Origin: Octopus vulgaris
Taxonomy: Eukaryota
Direction: 5' to 3'
DNA: 64,000 nt
Assembly: GCA_951406725.2 (NCBI GenBank)
Contig: OX597816.1
Span: forward strand, 50,406,001-50,470,000
The notes under the pieces were generated by a model, which saw only the letters and a program-made list of their open reading frames with translations, was not told the DNA's origin and made no database searches. The position numbers and the translations under genes are program-made. Every line of letters begins with the position of its first letter. Within the stretch, counting starts at the first letter, position 1. Shown here one piece after another: positions 57,653 to 64,000 of this stretch.

Positions 57653-58125
57653 TAGACCCTGTAATTCACACATGCAAAACAGAAGGAATAGATAACGAAT
57701 ACGAAGTCTGGCGGTTATCTGTGAACATCATGTTTCTGGATTATAAACATATTGATTCTTCAAATATTTTGATGTCGCATGGTCAGAAGGTTTGAGGTAC
57801 GTAGCATTTGATAAATCTATGATAAATCTTTTTCAATGGAAAGCTGTGCTGAAGAAGGATGTGAAATATATATGCAATATATATGAAATATATTTCAAAA
57901 ATATATGGAATATATATTCAATATATTTATAATCCAGAAACATGATGTTCACAGATAACCGCCAGACTTCGTATTCGTTATCTATTCCTTCTGTTTTGCA
58001 TGTGTGAATTACAGGGTCTGTCATGCCCGGAGTCCAACTTTGATAGAAATAAGCATTCTTGACTGCTATTTCTATTTTTTCGGTATGCGGTCAAGCAACC
58101 TGTTTTGCCTGTCCCTTTTTCTTAT
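57653..58125 (+). mobile_element. Fold-back non-coding element with hammerhead; 3' end related to the 548-bp element
   Basis: Inverted arms at 57653-57755 and 57917-58019. The 3' end gactgctatttcta..cggtatgcgg resembles 25363-25393. TA-repeat flanks. Confidence 0.82.
57844..57954 (+). ncRNA. Type-I hammerhead ribozyme with long AU-rich stem II
   Basis: CUGUG-CUGAAGA-AGGAU...AUCCA-GAAAC-AUGAU-GUU^CACAG with a perfect 5-bp stem I. Confidence 0.8.
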
Positions 58126-59794
58126 ATACAATATATATATATATATGTTTGTGGTCATACGTTGATACAGAAAATTTGTTACATATAATTATAGAAACTC
58201 CAGATAATACACAAGTTTGAGGAACGAAATTTCATTCCACATTTCAAGAAATAAATGTTGTCGTAATTTTAAAGTAGACTACAGGACACTTAGTAAACCA
58301 TTAACATCTGGTTTATGCCTGCTTGGCATCAAACTATTTTAACGTTGGATATCCCCCTTGTGTATTTCATTTTTGTCTTCTTTACAAATGTCTTATGTTT
58401 AAAAGTCAACTATTCAAAATACAACTGTAAAAGCGGTTTTGGTTTCAGCTTAATATATAGTGGAATAAATAATTTCGACCAGGAAACCCTGGATAGCTGT
58501 AATTTCACGATTTGTGGTTTTTAGTTTCATATTATATATATTTATATAATTCAATGTGGAATTGTCAGAAAAGTCTAAATATCACAATTATGAAATAACC
58601 TTTAGATTTCCTGGCGGTGGTTTCTTATAAACTTTAATGCCACACACTGAAAATATATCTCACAAATATTCACATTCTTACAAAGGGCTTACAGACATAG
58701 CTCAGCATCTCAAATATTTACGATACCATTGCATGTACATTTAGCAAACTTTGCCCATACAGATACACACAATCATACATAAATATAAGTATAAATATAT
58801 GCATGTAAGTTTATGTCTATGTGTATAGAGAATAAACACGCAATATTATTTTATCAGTTTAGACAATTTAATTTGTATATGTCTAGGCATATGTTTCTGC
58901 ATGTATGTTTGCATGTATGTACCTATGTATGTATGTATGTATGTATGTATGTATGTATGTATGTATGTATGTATGTATGTATGTGTGTGTGTGTGTTTGT
59001 ATGGGCATATGTGTGTGTACATCGTTGATACTTCACCTATGTACACAACTGCTAACTGATATTATCTTATTCTAAGGATTACTGTAATCTTCGATCACGG
59101 GAATACCAACTACTTTTACTTTAGATACTCCTCAATTTTTCGACGCACTGGTAACTACTGATGTCCTTGAATATGAATAATCTTTATATATATATATATA
59201 TATCCGACGGCAAAATATTCCTTGCTCAATCACATATAATTCACTTGCTTAAGAAACAGCTATAAGTGTCTTTATATACTTACTCTTCAAATTATAAATT
59301 AAATGGTATCATATATTTAGCTTATTCATTCTCGCTTTCTAATTTATAACTACCCGCTCAAAGATGAACCAATTTTAGCCATCTTTGAAAGATAGCCTAA
59401 ACACCTAATTTTGTCACTTCAAGCCGGAGTTCAATGGTACACCAAACGGAACACGTATAGTAGTATATATTTTGAATTACGTCATCACAAAATTTATTTT
59501 TTATAACTAGTTTATACACACATACATACATTCAAACGTACGTACGAGTGTGTGTGTTTATAGATGTATGCATTTAAGTAATAATTTATGTTTCAGTATA
59601 AAGCACACACGTATGTGTCCTTGGTTTTACTTTACATTAAGTATGTAAATATGTATTGAGACTTCTGCAACTAACACGATATTGTAAAGTCCCAAAAGCA
59701 ACAAAAGTTAAATGATAAACAACTAAAACACCCAATAGAGAAAAGAAAAATGAATATAAAGTGCAAGCGTTTATTTTTATGAACATTATATTTC

Positions 59795-59796
<2 letters not shown>

Positions 59797-59862
<66 letters not shown>

Positions 59863-60058
59863 CATACATACATATATATACATGTATATATATGTATATA
59901 TATACATACATACATACATATATATATATATGTGTGTATATATATATATATATACATACATACATATATATATGTGTGTATATATATATATATATACATA
60001 CATACATATATATATATATGTGTATATATATATATATATATACATACATACATATATA

Positions 60059-60103
<45 letters not shown>
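59797..60103. repeat. Compound (TA)n/(TACA)n microsatellite with a higher-order period
   Basis: Directly visible. Confidence 0.95.
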
Positions 60104-60109
<6 letters not shown>

Positions 60110-60986
60110 TTTGATAAAAAGCACAGTTATTCTCTTCACTTCCATTTATTAGATTAACGACCTTGCTCAGTCATTAATACACTGACACCCTTGTTGACTT
60201 TTCTTGTTCTTTTTTCTTTTTCAGGAAGGATACTCCTAGAAGAAACACAAAAACGAATTGGACAGTGCGGTGTGTTGTTCGAAATATTTTTGAGCCAAAA
60301 GAGAAAAGGTTTCGTTTGGAAAGTACCCCAGAATAAAGTAAATAAATAAAGAATGAAATAAAGGTAGAAAGAAAGAGAATGAGAGAAGAATAAAACGAAT
60401 AAAAATACCAAGTGATTAATCTTGTAACATCACTTAGTCATAATGGAATTTGACAGCAGATAAATTTCTAATATAAAGTATCTCTTTATTTCCATTGCTC
60501 TTGTCGTAAGAAGATAATGGGGTCAAAAAGGATGTGGTTTGTCATAGAAATTGTATTAGATATAATTAGGCATTATCGGAAATAGGAATTAGAGTAGGAT
60601 CGGGGCAGATGATGCAGTTTGATTTATATCTAACTTCTGGAAAGAAACAAATATAATAAATAATTAAAATGGAATACGAAAGATGATATACGAAAATATA
60701 AACGAGTGTAAAAGAGAGAGAGGTGAGAGTGAGAATAAGGGAGGAAAGACGAGAAAACGTGTTACTGTGTATGCACCTCACTTATCAGATAACACACTTT
60801 CAGATTATTTTAGTACCTTTGGATTGTTGACTCCGTATAAATGATGATGCACATGAATGTAGCAAACGAATACTAATATATGGTTGATAAAAGCCACACT
60901 CTAGAAGGGACTCATTATTTCGGTAGCTTTGACTTTAAGAGTCCCTCCTAGCGTGTGGCATTTATGTATAGTAATGCTCTGTATAT

Positions 60987-61036
<50 letters not shown>

Positions 61037-61659
61037 GATATATATCTGTGTGAGTAAGAGGTTGATAAACCAATTAAGGGATAGTAACTATCCAATATAC
61101 TGCTTGTAGTGTACCCAGTTATTCGTAGTCAATTGCTAGTTATTGTATGGCAATCTCGCAATTGAGTATTATATATGGGCGGGGTAAAAAAGTGATTTAC
61201 CCATGATTTATACGGCAAGTAAGAAAATGGAGCGGCAATAACATCGACTAGCATCAGCCGGTAAACATTCAATTATGTCTATTTTTTTTAGTTGTATTGG
61301 ATGAATACACACACATGTATGAGTGATACACATTAACGAGTAACAAAAGCAGGTAACTGCATAGACAAGTGTGTGAATAATTACAACTATATAGAAACAA
61401 ATAAGCAAAAATATAAAAGGGTGTGCAGGCACTAATTCATTACGGCCGTAGGCACTGAATTCTTTTTTAGCAACTACTATTAGTTAGTCACATATATGTG
61501 GAGGACACACATTAATCATTGAGAGAGGCATACAAAGAATGTTAAGTTCACGTAAACATGAATTATTTGGTGTCAAAATATTCGTTACACGGACGGTGGC
61601 TTCGTCATTAACGTTATTCCGCTGTAGTCTTTGTGGGATTTTTTTGAATGGCTCTGTGA

Positions 61660-61825
61660 ATGCCTAATATGCGTATCCTCCGCACTGTAAGTGTTTTAGT
61701 TTCAACAAGCGGTTTCATATCAAATAACTTGCAGACATCTTGAGACCCGAAATTCTCTGCTATCAGTTTAATCAATTCTGTCTCGTCTTCAGCAACAGTA
61801 AGAATACTAGCAATATGCACGCCAC
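61660..61825 (-). mobile_element. Possible old LINE reverse-transcriptase relic (RTE-like)
   Basis: VAEDETELIKLI..VCKLFDMK..VETKTL resembles the segment after YADD (A.SE.ELQ.L..C..FGM.IN..KTK). Confidence 0.4.
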
Positions 61826-62850
61826 GGGAATATTACACTTGTTCAGCAGCTAACAGTCTTCTCCTTTCTCTCTATCTCTATTTGTATGTATATGTGTGTA
61901 CATATATATTGTGCGTGCTCGCGTGTGTCTATGTGTGTGAGTATGTCTCTGTGTGTGAGTGTGTCTGTGTGCGTGAGTATGCATTTGTTTTTGATTGCGT
62001 TGTGTGTGTGTGTGTGTATGTGTATGTGCAAGAGTGTGTGAGTATGTGAATATATCCATTTATGTATCTGTAAAGTTAGAAAATAAAAAAAGAAAGACAT
62101 TTACAGCAAATTAATGGAACCTCATGTGATAGTATCATAATAACTGTTAATCTTAAGTTTTATTAACCTAGTCATATTTTTATCCTGTACATCACTTAGA
62201 ACCACTCTCTAACTTACGAACTATTAATCCATGTTGTTTCTTAACCTTAAAGATTACACAGATTATACAATTTTCTTGGGAATGTGTCTTGGTTCTGATT
62301 TTGTTGATCTGATTTGTCATATAAAAATATTGCAGTAGATATCATTTGTGTGATCTGTATGAATGTGATAGGGGTTCGTAGTACTAAACATTTTCGTTTT
62401 TTCATGTATCCCAAGTTTTTTCAAAACTTGATACTACAGTGATAACTTATTAATATTTCATAAAAAATTTATTTAATTTTATTCTAAACATTTCGGCTAC
62501 GTAAGGATTCGATCACTTCTTACTTCGTACATTTCGACACACTCTCTTTTGCCACGCTATATATGTTGATACCAATTCTTCATTTAAAGTATTTCTTTTT
62601 ACCTTCTAACTGAAAATGAATACGAACATTTCATTTGAAGTTTTAACTTTTAACTCATGAATGTGTACGGCGGCAGAAAACTGAATTTTATTATAGATTT
62701 TAGGTTTTATAGATTATATCACCGACTCGATATCTCTGAGATTACCTCTGCTATAGTATCTATTTAATGCACCAAATTTCAACTTCCCTATATCCTATTG
62801 TAAGTGCCTTCTATCTACCTATCTGTTACTAATATTCTGCGTTCACGTAA

Positions 62851-63062
62851 GGCGGCGGGATGGCAGAATTGTTAGTACGCCGGGTATAATGCTTAGCTGC
62901 ATTTCGTCCATCTTTACGTTCCGAGTTCAAATTCCGGCGATGTAGCCTTTGTCTTTCACCCTTTCGGTGTCGATAATACAAGTGCCAGTTGAGCACTGGG
63001 ATCGATGTAATCGACTTGGCTCCTCTCAAGAACTGCTGGCCTCGTACCAAAACTTGAAACCA
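62851..63062 (+). mobile_element. SINE family A variant
   Basis: ggcggcgggatggcagaa..gagttcaaattcc..gcactgggatcgatgtaatcgact. Confidence 0.88.
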
Positions 63063-64000
63063 GTTTTCTGCGTCCACTATTTTACGTTCCCTATCATTCT
63101 ATCTATCACTACCTCTATTTCAATGTATATCTATATCATTTAGTCTCACACTTATCCTCTCTGCATATTTGCAAGCATCCGAGCCATGTATCCTGCTTAA
63201 GGGTACTTCCACCTACTAAATACAGAGGAATTCAATGAAAATGTTCAGAGGCGTTGTCGCTGCACCTGTGTATAAGCCGAAAACAAGAAAAAAACAGAGA
63301 AAGTTTTCTAAATCTGCCCCTGCTACAGAAAACTACAGTGTCTGCTATAGAGGAATTACCATGTAGACAACATTAATTTTCGTTGGCATATAAAACGTTA
63401 GATAAGTTCAGTTTCTGTATACAACTTACCATATCTATTTCTTTCGCCAAAGCAGACAGTAAAAGAGTACAATCCAAACGGTATGATCCAAAATTGGATT
63501 TTCATGGCTTCGACTGTTCAAATCTGAAAATATATAAAATAAATAACGATAACAACAAGAGCCACCACTTCAAAGGCAACAACGACAACCACAACGACGA
63601 TGACAGCAAATCGAGGATGAATTATTTTGCATTATTGAATCACTACATGATTTATATATGTGAAATATGTTAGTTCTCTTTATAATCGCAAGCGGCGCCA
63701 CCATTTGAAGTCATAGTAGATTTCAGTTTAATAAATATCAAAGAAAGTATTTGTTTGTTTGATTCTTCTGTAAAGCATGTGCATACATCAATGGATTGCA
63801 GAAACTTTGAATGACCTCTCTTGTAGGTGAGATCAACTGATAATCTAATATCAGTTAGGATATCAATTGATATTATATAATATCCCAATATGCACAAACG
63901 TTATACGTAAAAGAAGAAGCATCGTAATTGCTAACTGAATATTTTGCATCCTCGGTTTTAATATAAAATAGGTAAATTGTAATGCAGAGTTAACGAAAAT

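Overview
AT-rich, microsatellite-dense eukaryotic DNA, probably intronic or intergenic. The SINE families look like those I recall from octopod cephalopods; that is inference, not a database result. I could not support any host protein-coding gene, and most ORF-track entries are translated microsatellites. Mobile elements include four tRNA-headed SINE families, a pile-up of (TAA)n-targeting R4/Dong-type RLE retrotransposon fragments, a 3'-truncated APE-RT LINE with a CCCH-finger ORF1, an internally deleted mariner, Tc1 relics and non-autonomous Helitrons. The main signal is invisible in the ORF track: about a dozen type-I hammerhead ribozyme motifs (intact or decayed) in short non-coding elements that are mostly next to (TA)n tracts and often carry an inverted partial copy. 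The best case is a young array of three ~99%-identical 547-bp units at 47.7-49.3 kb, each with a complete hammerhead core. A second element with a 548-bp period and terminal redundancy (24.8-25.4 kb) and a third relative (57.65-58.12 kb) share its layout. Together they suggest a retrozyme-like or Penelope-dependent self-cleaving circular-RNA system. All folds were paired by eye and no activity has been tested.
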